A stretch of DNA of 64,000 nt from an uncultured archaeon (GTDB lineage: Archaea; Altiarchaeota; Altiarchaeia; IMC4; SCGC-AAA252-I15), in NCBI GenBank assembly GCA_902384455.1, contig CABMCB010000071.1, positions 64,001 through 128,000 of the forward strand, in the 5' to 3' direction. This document shows, one piece after another, positions 38,071 to 47,741 of this stretch (positions are counted from its first letter, which is position 1; each line of letters starts with the position of its first letter). The notes beneath the pieces were generated by a model. It had not been told where the DNA came from and did no database searches. It saw only the letters and a list, made by a program, of their open reading frames with translations. Made by a program: the position numbers and the translations under genes.

Positions 38071-38472
38071 ATGATAAGGCCGGTTTACTATACTGTATTG
38101 AGCATCGTATTGTTGTCTACCCTAGCATTCATCCCCTGCCTAGTTGCGGCAGATGCGCCGCCCCGTGAAGGGGCGGGTGCCGCTTACCGCCCGTTCCCCC
38201 TTATTCCCTTCCTAAGTTTGGTCGCGCTCGTTCAGATAGGCGTGGGCGGCTTAGCATTCATCCTTTTTTTAATATCCCTCCTAGCCTACAAGCGAGATCG
38301 CAGAACCAAGTTCCTGGCAGTATCCATATCTTTCCTCCTCTTCACTTTGAAGGGAGTGTTAAGTTTGTGCGGCCTTATGAATCCGGTGGATTCGCTTTTC
38401 ATGATACCTTTCTCGGATTCGTTTGACTTCCTTATCCTGCTTCTGCTGTTTATTGCAGTCCTAAAGGATTGA
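38071..38472 (+). CDS. Small integral membrane protein partnered with a wHTH regulator
   Basis: 4 TM helices, LLAYKRDRRTKFLAVS..F; overlaps the next gene. Confidence 0.75.
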   Translation: MIRPVYYTVLSIVLLSTLAFIPCLVAADAPPREGAGAAYRPFPLIPFLSLVALVQIGVGGLAFILFLISLLAYKRDRRTKFLAVSISFLLFTLKGVLSLCGLMNPVDSLFMIPFSDSFDFLILLLLFIAVLKD

Positions 38473-39026
38473 ATATGCTACGACTCCCTAAAGATGAAGT
38501 TCTCGAGTTAGACGTCCGAAGGAAGATTTATGAGGAGATAGTAAAGTCTCCGGGACTGCATGTAAGGGAGCTCCAAAGGAGGGTTAACATAGCTTACGGA
38601 GCATTACAATACCACCTGTCATTTCTTGTGAAACACAACCTTGTGGCAGAGGAAAAAGGCGTAGAATACTCCCGTTTTTTCCCTACAGAATTCAAGTCAA
38701 TTCGAGAGCGTGAACTCATGTCTTTGTTGCGGCAGGAGAGCATTAGACGCATCCTTTTGCACCTGCTTAATACTCCTGCGGCCAGAAACAAGGAGTTGGC
38801 GGAAGGGGTTGGTTTGTCTCCTTCAACAGTCTCTTGGCACATAAGCAAGTTGACGGAAGTGGGGGCTGTAGTGCAGGAAAATAAGGGCGGTGACGTTCTT
38901 TTCAGAGTCAGCGAGCCGGAGGTCGTAACGCGTCTCCTTGTCACGTACAAATCCAGCTTCTTAGACACTATAGTCGATCGGTTCGTCGAAGTTTGGGAGA
39001 AGGAAAACATTAAGACGGCAAAGTAA
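38469..39026 (+). CDS. Double winged-helix transcriptional regulator (COG3398-like)
   Basis: RRKIY..I..SPGLH.REL..GALQYHL; second HTH LSPSTVSWHISKL. Confidence 0.88.
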   Translation: MNMLRLPKDEVLELDVRRKIYEEIVKSPGLHVRELQRRVNIAYGALQYHLSFLVKHNLVAEEKGVEYSRFFPTEFKSIRERELMSLLRQESIRRILLHLLNTPAARNKELAEGVGLSPSTVSWHISKLTEVGAVVQENKGGDVLFRVSEPEVVTRLLVTYKSSFLDTIVDRFVEVWEKENIKTAK

Positions 39027-39083
39027 TTGTGCTTATTTAAGTCGCCTTTTATGCCTGCCGTCTTATTCTCTCATAAGGGGGTT

Positions 39084-39500
39084 ATGATGGACAAGAAGAT
39101 TGTTGTTGGCATAGTCGTGGTCTTAGTTGTGCTTGCGCTAGTCGGCGTTATTTTGGCCGTAGGCGGATTCTTTGTCGCCAAGGGCGCGTTAAACAGCGGC
39201 GACGAGTCCCCCGTAAAGCAGGTGACTACTTCATCCTCCATATACGCATCGTCCGGACAAGAAACAGGTGGAACAGTAATAAGTTCCGGCGACACTACCG
39301 TCTCATCACTTCCTGCGGATGCCGGCACAGGTGATTCCGGAAGCCAAGCGACCTCCGACTCCACGTTGTGCGAAGACAAAGACCCGACTCACAGGTACGT
39401 TTCTCACAGCACCAGATACTGCGCCCAGACCCGGTGGACATGCCAATCCGACGAGAAGCCTTTCACCAACGTCTGCGGATGCGGGTGCAAGCCAAAATAA
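39084..39500 (+). CDS. Membrane-anchored protein with small C-terminal Cys domain
   Basis: TM helix, Ser/Thr linker, C..RYV..C..W.C..PF...CGCGC. Confidence 0.75.
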   Translation: MMDKKIVVGIVVVLVVLALVGVILAVGGFFVAKGALNSGDESPVKQVTTSSSIYASSGQETGGTVISSGDTTVSSLPADAGTGDSGSQATSDSTLCEDKDPTHRYVSHSTRYCAQTRWTCQSDEKPFTNVCGCGCKPK

Positions 39501-39512
39501 GAGGCAGTTACT

Positions 39513-39899
39513 ATGACTTTAGAAGTGTCTTTTCCGGGCGGCGTCAAGGTAAACGTCACCTACAAAGGTTTTACCACAACAACAGACCAATCCAAAGCAG
39601 ACGGCGGAGAAAACACGGCGCCAAACCCATTCGACCTGTTCTTAATATCCGTTGCGTCATGCGCCGGATACTTCGCGCTAACATACTGCACAAAAAGAAA
39701 ACTGCCGACAGACGGCCTCAAGGTCAGTATGGAGCCGACATTTGACGGCGGCAGGAACGTGGTTTCAGTCGCAATTAAGGTGACTCCCCCAAAGGATTTT
39801 CCCGAAGGACAGAAGGAGGCGTTGCTTCGCTCTGTTGCCGCATGCAAAGTAAAGAAGCATTTGGAGAACCCGCCGAAGTTCGAGGTAGAACTGGCCTAG
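39513..39899 (+). CDS. OsmC family protein
   Basis: TDQ..DGGE..AP.PFDLFL.S.ASCAG...ACKVKK. Confidence 0.9.
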   Translation: MTLEVSFPGGVKVNVTYKGFTTTTDQSKADGGENTAPNPFDLFLISVASCAGYFALTYCTKRKLPTDGLKVSMEPTFDGGRNVVSVAIKVTPPKDFPEGQKEALLRSVAACKVKKHLENPPKFEVELA

Positions 39900-39906
39900 A
39901 CTCGCG

Positions 39907-41019
39907 TTAAGGAGTTATTAGTCCAGTGCATCTCCAGTTTATCTCCGTCTGCTGTGTCTCCTCGGATACGACGCACGCTGGGTTGCATCCTGACTTAGGC
40001 TGTTTAGGTTCGATGTCTACCCACCATGTTTTGCTGTTTGGGTTGTAGTAAGGCGTTCCTTTTGGCGTGCCGTCGCTTGCGCATTTGGCGCTGGCGATAG
40101 TCAATGCTTCGTCGGCTGTCATTGTAGAAGTTGATTCTGTCGGTTTGACGTCCTCCATCCTGTCGACGGTCCAGTTGGTGAGGGTGAGTTTGACTTGTTC
40201 GCCTTCTTTGGACAATGTTACAGCAAAGCAACCGGGGCATTTGTAGACGTCCACCTGGATGACTGTCAAGGCGTAGGATTTGCCTAAGTATGAGACTGCG
40301 GTTGACGCAGCCTTCTTCTGGCTTTCGTCTTTAATCTCCCAGCTTCTTGTGCACGCGCCGACTGCTTCATCGAAGCTGTACCCTGCCGGCCCAAGGCAGC
40401 CGTGCTCGTCTTTTTGGCCTCCTATCAATTGGGTGTCATTTTCGGGGCATTCTCCCGTAACATAGGAGTCTATTTTGGCGCTGCATGCTCCGCAGCCGTT
40501 GCCGTACGTTTTTCCGTCGCTTCCGCAGACGGGGTTGTAATCCATGGTGCAGGCGATATTCTGCTTCTCAGATTCAGTGCATGCGTGGGTTTCAGTTTCC
40601 TCCTGCCTGCATGTTGGCGGGCCTCTGCAGCCGCAATCGTCCACTTTGCCCTGTATCTTAGTTCCGTTTTGGCACCAGCCTGGTGCGGGAGAAACAAGTT
40701 GCGGGCAAGGTCCGCAGTTCTTCTTGTCGACGGATGCTTCCTGCGTTTCTCCGCTACTTTTTGGTTCAGAGGCGTTTGTTGTTTTGCATGCGTACTCGCA
40801 CGCGGATTTTTCGAGACTATACCTCCATCCGCCAGCGCAAGTTTCGTGAGGTTTGTCGATGTTCTGCCTGAGGCAGCATTCGTCGCGGCCGGTTGGACTT
40901 ACTGTCCCGCAGCTTCCGCCGACAATAGGAGGCTGCCGGTTCATCTCAACCAGCCCCAAGATTCCTATCACAACAACAAGCAAAAACAATCCTATCAAAA
41001 TCTCCTTTACGGTGTTCAT
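39907..41019 (-). CDS. Multi-domain Cys-rich extracellular protein with a Kazal-type domain
   Basis: [21 protein letters not shown]; [16 protein letters not shown]; GCNPACVV...EINWRCTG. Confidence 0.8.
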   Translation of the reverse strand: MNTVKEILIGLFLLVVVIGILGLVEMNRQPPIVGGSCGTVSPTGRDECCLRQNIDKPHETCAGGWRYSLEKSACEYACKTTNASEPKSSGETQEASVDKKNCGPCPQLVSPAPGWCQNGTKIQGKVDDCGCRGPPTCRQEETETHACTESEKQNIACTMDYNPVCGSDGKTYGNGCGACSAKIDSYVTGECPENDTQLIGGQKDEHGCLGPAGYSFDEAVGACTRSWEIKDESQKKAASTAVSYLGKSYALTVIQVDVYKCPGCFAVTLSKEGEQVKLTLTNWTVDRMEDVKPTESTSTMTADEALTIASAKCASDGTPKGTPYYNPNSKTWWVDIEPKQPKSGCNPACVVSEETQQTEINWRCTGLITP

Positions 41020-41109
41020 TGTTCCTAATCCTCACTTAACGATGGGTGCAGGCGCATTTAAAAGCAGGCGATTAATTTCGGCGGCGGCCGAAAAATTATT
41101 CTGGGGGTT

Positions 41110-42159
41110 CTATACGTTTATGTTAAATGTTATTGTTGCGTTTTGTGTTTCGCCTGCTTTGCCTATTGTTAGTGTTGCTGGTCCTGACGCGTTTTTTGGC
41201 ACTCCTGTCATCAGTAGGTATCCTCCGTTGCTCACGTCGGGGTAGACCTCTAATACGTCTATGGTGCTTGCGTAGTCTTTATTGTATTGTTTGTCTCCTA
41301 TGGTGAGTGTGGCGTTGTAAGTGTATATTTGGTTTTGTTTTGCGTCTGTGGTTTTGGCTGTCAAGTCTATCCTATAATACGTTTTTTCTTCGTCGCGCAC
41401 GACTTTGCTGTAGAACCCGTGCCTTATGAGGTTTACTTGAACTGTGTTTACTGTCTTTTGAGCATCCGACTCCTTGGACGCATTCAAGTACTCTTTCTCA
41501 AGCAGGCGTTCGAGTTCATCGTTGGTGTACGCTGGAATTCCGATTACTGTGCCGTTGGCCAATAGCGTCCTGTCTTTGGTGGTGAAGTAGACGGTAATTT
41601 TTGCGGTCGGAGTCTTGCTTTTGCTTATTTTGGCCGTGTTCACTCTCCATTCTATTGCTTTCCCCATTTTTTGGCCGGTTAATGAAAATTGGTAGTCGAC
41701 GAAGTCTTTTGTTTGGACTGTGAATTTGTCCGTGTAGAGGGTGTTTTGGGTGTTGTCTTTTATGAAGAAGTTTATGTCTCCGTCTGCCGGGATTACGTTT
41801 CCGGTAGCGTCCTGAAGCTGTAAGTAGAAGCGGAAGAAGGCGCCGTCTTGAGCTCCTCCCAGCTGTTTTATTGAGGCGGCTTCTCCGTTTAAGCCGCCGT
41901 TTAATACGGTGGTTGAAGAGCCTGTCGAATCATTTTGCGGGATTCCAGTTTCACCTGCGCACTCGACAATGTCAGTCACTTTCATTCCGTTGGTGCATGT
42001 GAAGTTCTGTGTGGCTGCCGGCTCAGAATTGTTCCTAAACCCGCTCATCCACGCAAGCAGCTTAGGGGGGCCCATAAACATGGCAATAATGAAAAGCGCG
42101 ATCACAAGCAGCTGAATTAAACTAGTGATTTTTATCTTGCCGGATTTTCCCAAATCCAT
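41110..42159 (-). CDS. Hypothetical membrane-anchored protein (beta-rich)
   Basis: TM helix near the N-terminus; start taken at ATG 42159 (MDLGK). Confidence 0.7.
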   Translation of the reverse strand: MDLGKSGKIKITSLIQLLVIALFIIAMFMGPPKLLAWMSGFRNNSEPAATQNFTCTNGMKVTDIVECAGETGIPQNDSTGSSTTVLNGGLNGEAASIKQLGGAQDGAFFRFYLQLQDATGNVIPADGDINFFIKDNTQNTLYTDKFTVQTKDFVDYQFSLTGQKMGKAIEWRVNTAKISKSKTPTAKITVYFTTKDRTLLANGTVIGIPAYTNDELERLLEKEYLNASKESDAQKTVNTVQVNLIRHGFYSKVVRDEEKTYYRIDLTAKTTDAKQNQIYTYNATLTIGDKQYNKDYASTIDVLEVYPDVSNGGYLLMTGVPKNASGPATLTIGKAGETQNATITFNINV

Positions 42160-42263
42160 ATTAAATATCCTCCGCCGCCTGATAAACGCTAGTCTGGACA
42201 TCAAAACAATAAGCTGCTTTTACCTGCGACATCCTAATCCTACTCACCGTAATACACCCTACA

Positions 42264-42452
42264 ATGAGCATCGAAGGCATAAGAAAAATCCAACCCATTA
42301 CTCCGCCGGCCCGCCCCCGGAAAACTGGAGAAGGCGACAGTGAAGAAGACGCCGCCGAACGGCAGCTGCCAGATCCAATGCCTCCGGAGAAAAGACGGAA
42401 AGCCCTCAGTAAAAAGAAAGGCTGGAAGACGGGGGAAGACCCCTACGCGTAA
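42264..42452 (+). CDS. Small hypothetical protein
   Basis: 62-aa charged, disordered ORF co-directional with the next gene. Confidence 0.45.
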   Translation: MSIEGIRKIQPITPPARPRKTGEGDSEEDAAERQLPDPMPPEKRRKALSKKKGWKTGEDPYA

Positions 42453-42473
42453 ACCCTTCAATCCACTCAACAA

Positions 42474-43328
42474 ATGCCTGAAATAGTAAATCCCTACCGG
42501 CGAAGCATTGTGGCAGCGGCCTGCTTAACGCTCGCTTTCTCAGCTCCAGCCGCAGCAGCATTAGCACTCGTAGTCCTTCTCGGATGGACTCCAATAATCC
42601 TTTTTTTCGCGGCCGCATTCTGGGGCCTATTATACCTGGCGTTGCTCATCACGTGGTTTATGGGCGTAAGAGACAAGCGCAGAATCCGCGAATTCCTCGA
42701 AAGCACCCGCCCCCTCATAAGGTGGACGTACATGGAACACGAATGGAACGAAATCGCGCAAAAAGAGTGGGCCGAGGAAAAAGACGACTGGAAAATCCAG
42801 ATATTCGGCCTGACATTCATATTCGGCTTGGTAGGAGTGTTAACCGGCTTAATGCTTCTTGATGAAGACATATTCTTCCTGCCGATGTGTTCGGCCGTGG
42901 GCATTGGCGGAGGATTCCTTCTCGGCGTTGTTATCGCGGCATCAAACTACTTGGCCGCGAAAATTGATTATGCGACAAGCAAGCCGGTTGTGGCTTTAGG
43001 CGAAAACGAAATATACTACGGCGGCCAGTATTTCAGGGCGAACGGCGGCAACTACGCAATCAGAAACGTCGCATTAAACAAAGGGCCCCCGGCGACTTTA
43101 GAAATACAGGTTTATTCCCATCCTTCATTCTCCAAGACGCACGGCGACCTGACGTGGACGATTCAAATACCCCCTCAACTGGTCAAAGAAGTCGAACTGC
43201 GAATCCCCTCAATCAAAGTAGTCAAAGACGATTTTGAGGAAGACCTGTCCGACTTAGACGAAGCCGAAGAAAACAGCAGCAACGAACCCGTAAAATCCCC
43301 TGAAACGCGCAAGAGGGGCCTAGAATAA
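42474..43328 (+). CDS. Hypothetical membrane protein
   Basis: 4 TM helices, PLIRWTY...EW motif, acidic tail. Confidence 0.75.
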   Translation: MPEIVNPYRRSIVAAACLTLAFSAPAAAALALVVLLGWTPIILFFAAAFWGLLYLALLITWFMGVRDKRRIREFLESTRPLIRWTYMEHEWNEIAQKEWAEEKDDWKIQIFGLTFIFGLVGVLTGLMLLDEDIFFLPMCSAVGIGGGFLLGVVIAASNYLAAKIDYATSKPVVALGENEIYYGGQYFRANGGNYAIRNVALNKGPPATLEIQVYSHPSFSKTHGDLTWTIQIPPQLVKEVELRIPSIKVVKDDFEEDLSDLDEAEENSSNEPVKSPETRKRGLE

Positions 43329-43394
43329 TCCGGCAGACTTCTCAACAACTTTTATCCCTTCGAACACAAGAACTGAACCATCCAACACTCACCA

Positions 43395-44522
43395 ATGAAA
43401 GTCCTCATCTTCACATGCGGAGAAGGCCTAGGCCACGCGACCCGGTGCATATCCATAGGCCGGCAGCTTGTTGAGTCCGGCCACGAAGTCGCGTTCGGCT
43501 CATACGGTTACTCCAAGAAAATAATCGAGGACTCAGGGTACAAAGCATATACTGTTCCCCCTGAAATGACTCTCGTAGGTAAAGACGGAGCCTTCGACCT
43601 TGTCGCATCCGTAAGCTCCTCCATACGGCACACCAGCCCCCTTGGCGTGGCATCAGTGTTGAAGACAGTGGACGAAGTCAAACCGGACGTAATACTGTCC
43701 GACAGCTACATGCTGGGCGTTTTGGCGGGAAAAATAAGGAAAACAAAATCGCTCCTACTGCTAAACCAAATGAACATGGTGGCCTTCTTCCAGAACCGCA
43801 GCCTGCCGATTCAAGCCGTGGGAAAAGTGGCGAAACTATTCTACGTAAGGGCATTTGAGCACGTGGAAAAAATCCTCATCCCAGACTTTAAGCCGCCGCA
43901 AACAATATGCGCCAAAAACCTCTCCTTCACAAAAAAGATGACGGAAAAAACAGAGTTCGTAGGACCTCTTGTCCGGCGGAAATACTCTGAGGAAGCGGAA
44001 CTGCCGCTGCGCAAACCCCAAGTACTGTCCATGATTGGCGGATTCGGATACAGGGAGGGCTTGCTCAGAAACACCGTCAGAGCCGCCTCATTGGACGACA
44101 GCATCAATTACACCCTGCTTATGGGCCCAAACATAGACTCAAAAATATTCTCTCAGGCAGGAAGAAACGTCGAAACACTCGAATTAATGGTCAACCCCTT
44201 TTCCCGCCTAAAATCCTCGGACCTCGTTATAGCCCCAGGCGGACACAGCACAATAATGGAATGCATGTCCTACGGGAAACCAATGCTATCAGTCCCAGAC
44301 GCCAACCAAGTAGAGCAGGAAAACAACGCTCAGATGCTAGAAGAACTGGGCTTGGGAAAAAGAATAAGCTACGCAACACCCCCGGAAAAAATGGTCGAAC
44401 ACATAAAAGAAATACTCGCAGACGCCAAAATGAAAGAAAGATGCGAAAAAATGAGGCAAATATCCGAAGAAATGGACGGCCCCAAAAAAGTCGTCGATAT
44501 TCTTACGAAGTATTCAAGCTAA
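43395..44522 (+). CDS. GT-B glycosyltransferase, MJ1255/GT28-like
   Basis: CGEGLGHATR, FVGPL, PGGHSTIME..YGKP, EQENNA. Confidence 0.88.
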   Translation: MKVLIFTCGEGLGHATRCISIGRQLVESGHEVAFGSYGYSKKIIEDSGYKAYTVPPEMTLVGKDGAFDLVASVSSSIRHTSPLGVASVLKTVDEVKPDVILSDSYMLGVLAGKIRKTKSLLLLNQMNMVAFFQNRSLPIQAVGKVAKLFYVRAFEHVEKILIPDFKPPQTICAKNLSFTKKMTEKTEFVGPLVRRKYSEEAELPLRKPQVLSMIGGFGYREGLLRNTVRAASLDDSINYTLLMGPNIDSKIFSQAGRNVETLELMVNPFSRLKSSDLVIAPGGHSTIMECMSYGKPMLSVPDANQVEQENNAQMLEELGLGKRISYATPPEKMVEHIKEILADAKMKERCEKMRQISEEMDGPKKVVDILTKYSS

Positions 44523-45334
44523 TCCAGGCATAATACGGCGTCTACCCTTCCGTTGTTGACGTAGGCGTTGCAGCCGACGGTCATCATCCAACTGGTGCAT
44601 CTGCCTTTTGTTATAAGCGGCCTATCAAGCTTTTCTCCAATCAACTCCTGCGGCAGTTCGGCTATGCACGCGCCAACGCACTCGCTTTGGCCGGAACACT
44701 CCTTTCCTCCGTCAGGTGTTGGAAGATTACACTGCGGCTTAGGATTCAAGCCCATTGGCCCCCACTTACCCCCGACTACGACGCAAGAATCCTTGTCCGA
44801 CGGCGTAACATGTTGGGGCGCAAGCAAAGACCCGTTTACTTGAGCCCACCTGCAAGAGTTATTCTCACAGCGGCAGCCTAAGCCGTACGCAGCCGCATTG
44901 TAGCACTCCCTGTATTCGCAGGTGGAAACCAAAGGCTCATCATTTTTAGACTGGCATATTTGTCCTGAACATCCGCCAGCGACGCAATCGCCGTCAATCC
45001 TACAAGCCCCCTCAGTGGATCTGCCGCAGAACCCTCCTGTTTTGTTGACTGAAGACGTATCGTTTCTCCCGCCTAACGGAACGCAACTTCTCCCGTTACT
45101 GATATAAAACGACCATTCCTCGCATACTCTACCGTCCGCAAGAACGCAGTAAACCGCCTGACCCGCGGCTGTTTCATTCACAAGTATTCTTCCGCTTTGG
45201 TTGAGGCAATAAGCCGCCGCTGGATTAGCAATGCTAGTCACATTCTCGCCTCCCTCGCTTATGCAACCAGAAATAAAGCAGGAAGCCAGCAAAACCCAAA
45301 TCATCACCCGTGAACTGCCAGTCATATACGTCAA
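44519..45334 (-). CDS. Lipoprotein-like protein with DUF333 and eight-cysteine-cluster domains
   Basis: ISGC leader; IANPAAAYC...CEEW; FCGRST..C..D.DC..GGCSGQIC...STC. Confidence 0.82.
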   Translation of the reverse strand: MTYMTGSSRVMIWVLLASCFISGCISEGGENVTSIANPAAAYCLNQSGRILVNETAAGQAVYCVLADGRVCEEWSFYISNGRSCVPLGGRNDTSSVNKTGGFCGRSTEGACRIDGDCVAGGCSGQICQSKNDEPLVSTCEYRECYNAAAYGLGCRCENNSCRWAQVNGSLLAPQHVTPSDKDSCVVVGGKWGPMGLNPKPQCNLPTPDGGKECSGQSECVGACIAELPQELIGEKLDRPLITKGRCTSWMMTVGCNAYVNNGRVDAVLCLD

Positions 45335-45397
45335 TATGTTATGCTTTTTTCCCGGCTATTAAAGGGTAAGCTTTGTTCCAACAAACTGAAATGTCAG

Positions 45398-45736
45398 TCA
45401 ATTCAGCTGGCATCCTGAGGGCGCTATCATCAAGACGACAAAGACCGCGATTTGAACTATTATGAGGCCGATTATAGCGTGTATTATGGATGAGTATGCG
45501 CTGCTTTTGCGTTCTTTGTCGTGTCCGCTGGTCATGACCTTTAGTCCCTGCAGGGTGATGACCAAGGCGGCTACTCCTCCGGCTATGTAATACATGAATT
45601 TTACTGCAGTGTTTAGCAGAGGGCATATTAGTTGGAGAGCGCTGCTTGCGTCTGTGGTTTGTGCTTGTGTTGATGTGGCGGCGGCTATTAGTGCTGTTGC
45701 GGCTGCCATAAGTGTCAATGTTTTTTGCAGGTTCAT
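45398..45736 (-). CDS. TrbC/VirB2-like pilin
   Basis: Cleavable-looking leader (TQAQ), two hydrophobic helices joined by the charged loop GLKVMTSGHDKERKSSA, AIIGLII. Confidence 0.65.
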   Translation of the reverse strand: MNLQKTLTLMAAATALIAAATSTQAQTTDASSALQLICPLLNTAVKFMYYIAGGVAALVITLQGLKVMTSGHDKERKSSAYSSIIHAIIGLIIVQIAVFVVLMIAPSGCQLN

Positions 45737-45809
45737 CTGTTGGTCGTTACGTAATTGGTTTTAGGTTATAAGTCTTTGATTTAAGGGCGCATTTTTCGTA
45801 TTTTGTTTT

Positions 45810-47723
45810 GTGGGTCAGGTGGAACTGCTGTCTCCGGCGGGAAATTGGGATGCGCTTAAGGCGGCAGTCTATAATGGGGCAGACGCTGTTTATTTCGGTG
45901 CGGGTCGCTTTAATGCTCGGCGTAGGGCCGAGAATTTTTCGGTTGAGGATTTGCCCAAAGTTGTTGGTTTTTGCCATGAGAATGGCGTTAGGTCCTATTT
46001 GGCTGCGAACACGCTTGTGAAAAATGGCGAGTTGAAGGAGTATTTTGATTTGGTTTCTGCTGCGTATTTGGCTGGAGTTGATGCGGTTATCATTCAGGAG
46101 GTCTCTTTTATCCCGCTTATTAGGAAGCATTTTCCCCATCTTTTAGTGCACGTTTCGACGCAGGCGGGGGTATTCAATTCGTACTTTAAGGAGGTGCTTG
46201 AGGGCGCTGACCTTGTTGTGCTTCCTCGCGAGTTCACTTTAAGTCAGGTCAGGGATTTCAGGGAAAAAACGGGTATTCCAGTAGAAGTTTTCGTCCAGGG
46301 AGCTCTTTGCTTTAGCGTGGGGGGGCAGTGCTTGATGTCTAGTTTCCTGGGCGGGCGAAGCGGCAACCGCGGCTGGTGCGCTCAGCCGTGCAGGAAGCTC
46401 TATAATGGAAAGTACGCCCTCTCAACAAAGGACTTATGCTTAATCAGAGATTTGCCGGCGCTTGTTTCGGCAGGTGTCAGTTCGCTAAAAATTGAGGGCA
46501 GACTGCGCAGTCCAGAATACGTGGGCGCAACTACTGCGCTATACAGGAGAGCGTTGGATTCCATATCCTACGGGAATTTTAGCGTTGATGAAGACGCTTT
46601 TTCCGACGTCGCCCTCGAATTCAACAGGGATTTCACCAAAGGCCTGATGTTCAAGGACTCAGACGTAGTTAACCCTGTTGCGGCCGGCAAGAGAGGCGTG
46701 CGTTTGGGCACTCTTGGAAGGGGCGGTTTAATCAGGATTGAGGCGCAAATCAAGGTGGGCGACGGCGTAGGAGTAGTTTCAGGGGAAAATATTCACGGCG
46801 ACTTAATCCGAAAGATAGAGCAAAAAGGAGTCTTAGTTGAGGGAGCAGAAAAAAACCAGCAAGTTAGACTTTTCCTTAACGCCAAGGAAGGCGACGAAAT
46901 CTATTTGACCTCCGGCGCCAACCGCAGGAAAACGCAAGCGTTGAAAAAAAAGACGCCAATCACAGCAAACCGGCAAAAGCCCTCTGAAGTGATACTCCCT
47001 GCAGGGGGCGGCAAATTCTCAGACATCAAACTACTGGTGAAAACACATTCGCTTGAGGATGCGGACGAAGCGATTGCGGCGGGTGCTGATGTGGCGTATT
47101 ACAGCATCTTCGCAAAAGATTTCCCCCGGGCAGATTCGCCAGTAAGCCCTTATGTCCCGCGGTGCCTTACTGAATGGAACGCTAAGAACGCACTTGATTT
47201 AATTGATGCAATTAATCCTGCATCAGTTCTATGCGGCGACTTGGGCGTTGCGGTTCACATCCAAAACAGGGAAGTCTACGGGGACATTTCAATCAACGCC
47301 TTCAACGACTTAGACGTCGGATTCCTTAATGAACGCGGAATAACACCCGTCATTTCCCCGGAATTATCTCTGTCGGAGCTTGCTGGTTTATCTGACAAAC
47401 GCTTCGCAGTTTACGCTCATGGCAGACTGCCTCTTATGACAACCAAATACCTCCTGAACGAAGAAAAGCTAGCCGACGAAAAAGGATATGTCTTCCCCGT
47501 ACGCGGCGAACTCGACTACAAGCAAGTGCTAAACAGCGTGCCTATCGGTCTTTACGGCGAAATCCTAAAGTTGAAGGAGGCGGGGATTGTGCGGTATCTC
47601 CTTGATTTAGAAAACGACATTTCTGAAACAGTGCACGCATACAGGCAGATAATCTCCGGCGAAAAAGTGAAAAAACACCCCGGAACTTACACGCTAGGCC
47701 ATCTAAAAAAAGGGGTTGAATAA
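45810..47723 (+). CDS. Peptidase U32 family protein (probable RNA hydroxylase, RlhA/TrhP-like)
   Basis: ELLSPAG, GADAVY.G, HVSTQ, EVFVQGALC..GQC..SGNRG.CAQPCR, SLKIEGR. Confidence 0.9.
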   Translation: MGQVELLSPAGNWDALKAAVYNGADAVYFGAGRFNARRRAENFSVEDLPKVVGFCHENGVRSYLAANTLVKNGELKEYFDLVSAAYLAGVDAVIIQEVSFIPLIRKHFPHLLVHVSTQAGVFNSYFKEVLEGADLVVLPREFTLSQVRDFREKTGIPVEVFVQGALCFSVGGQCLMSSFLGGRSGNRGWCAQPCRKLYNGKYALSTKDLCLIRDLPALVSAGVSSLKIEGRLRSPEYVGATTALYRRALDSISYGNFSVDEDAFSDVALEFNRDFTKGLMFKDSDVVNPVAAGKRGVRLGTLGRGGLIRIEAQIKVGDGVGVVSGENIHGDLIRKIEQKGVLVEGAEKNQQVRLFLNAKEGDEIYLTSGANRRKTQALKKKTPITANRQKPSEVILPAGGGKFSDIKLLVKTHSLEDADEAIAAGADVAYYSIFAKDFPRADSPVSPYVPRCLTEWNAKNALDLIDAINPASVLCGDLGVAVHIQNREVYGDISINAFNDLDVGFLNERGITPVISPELSLSELAGLSDKRFAVYAHGRLPLMTTKYLLNEEKLADEKGYVFPVRGELDYKQVLNSVPIGLYGEILKLKEAGIVRYLLDLENDISETVHAYRQIISGEKVKKHPGTYTLGHLKKGVE

Positions 47724-47741
47724 TCCATTAACTCGTCCCCA

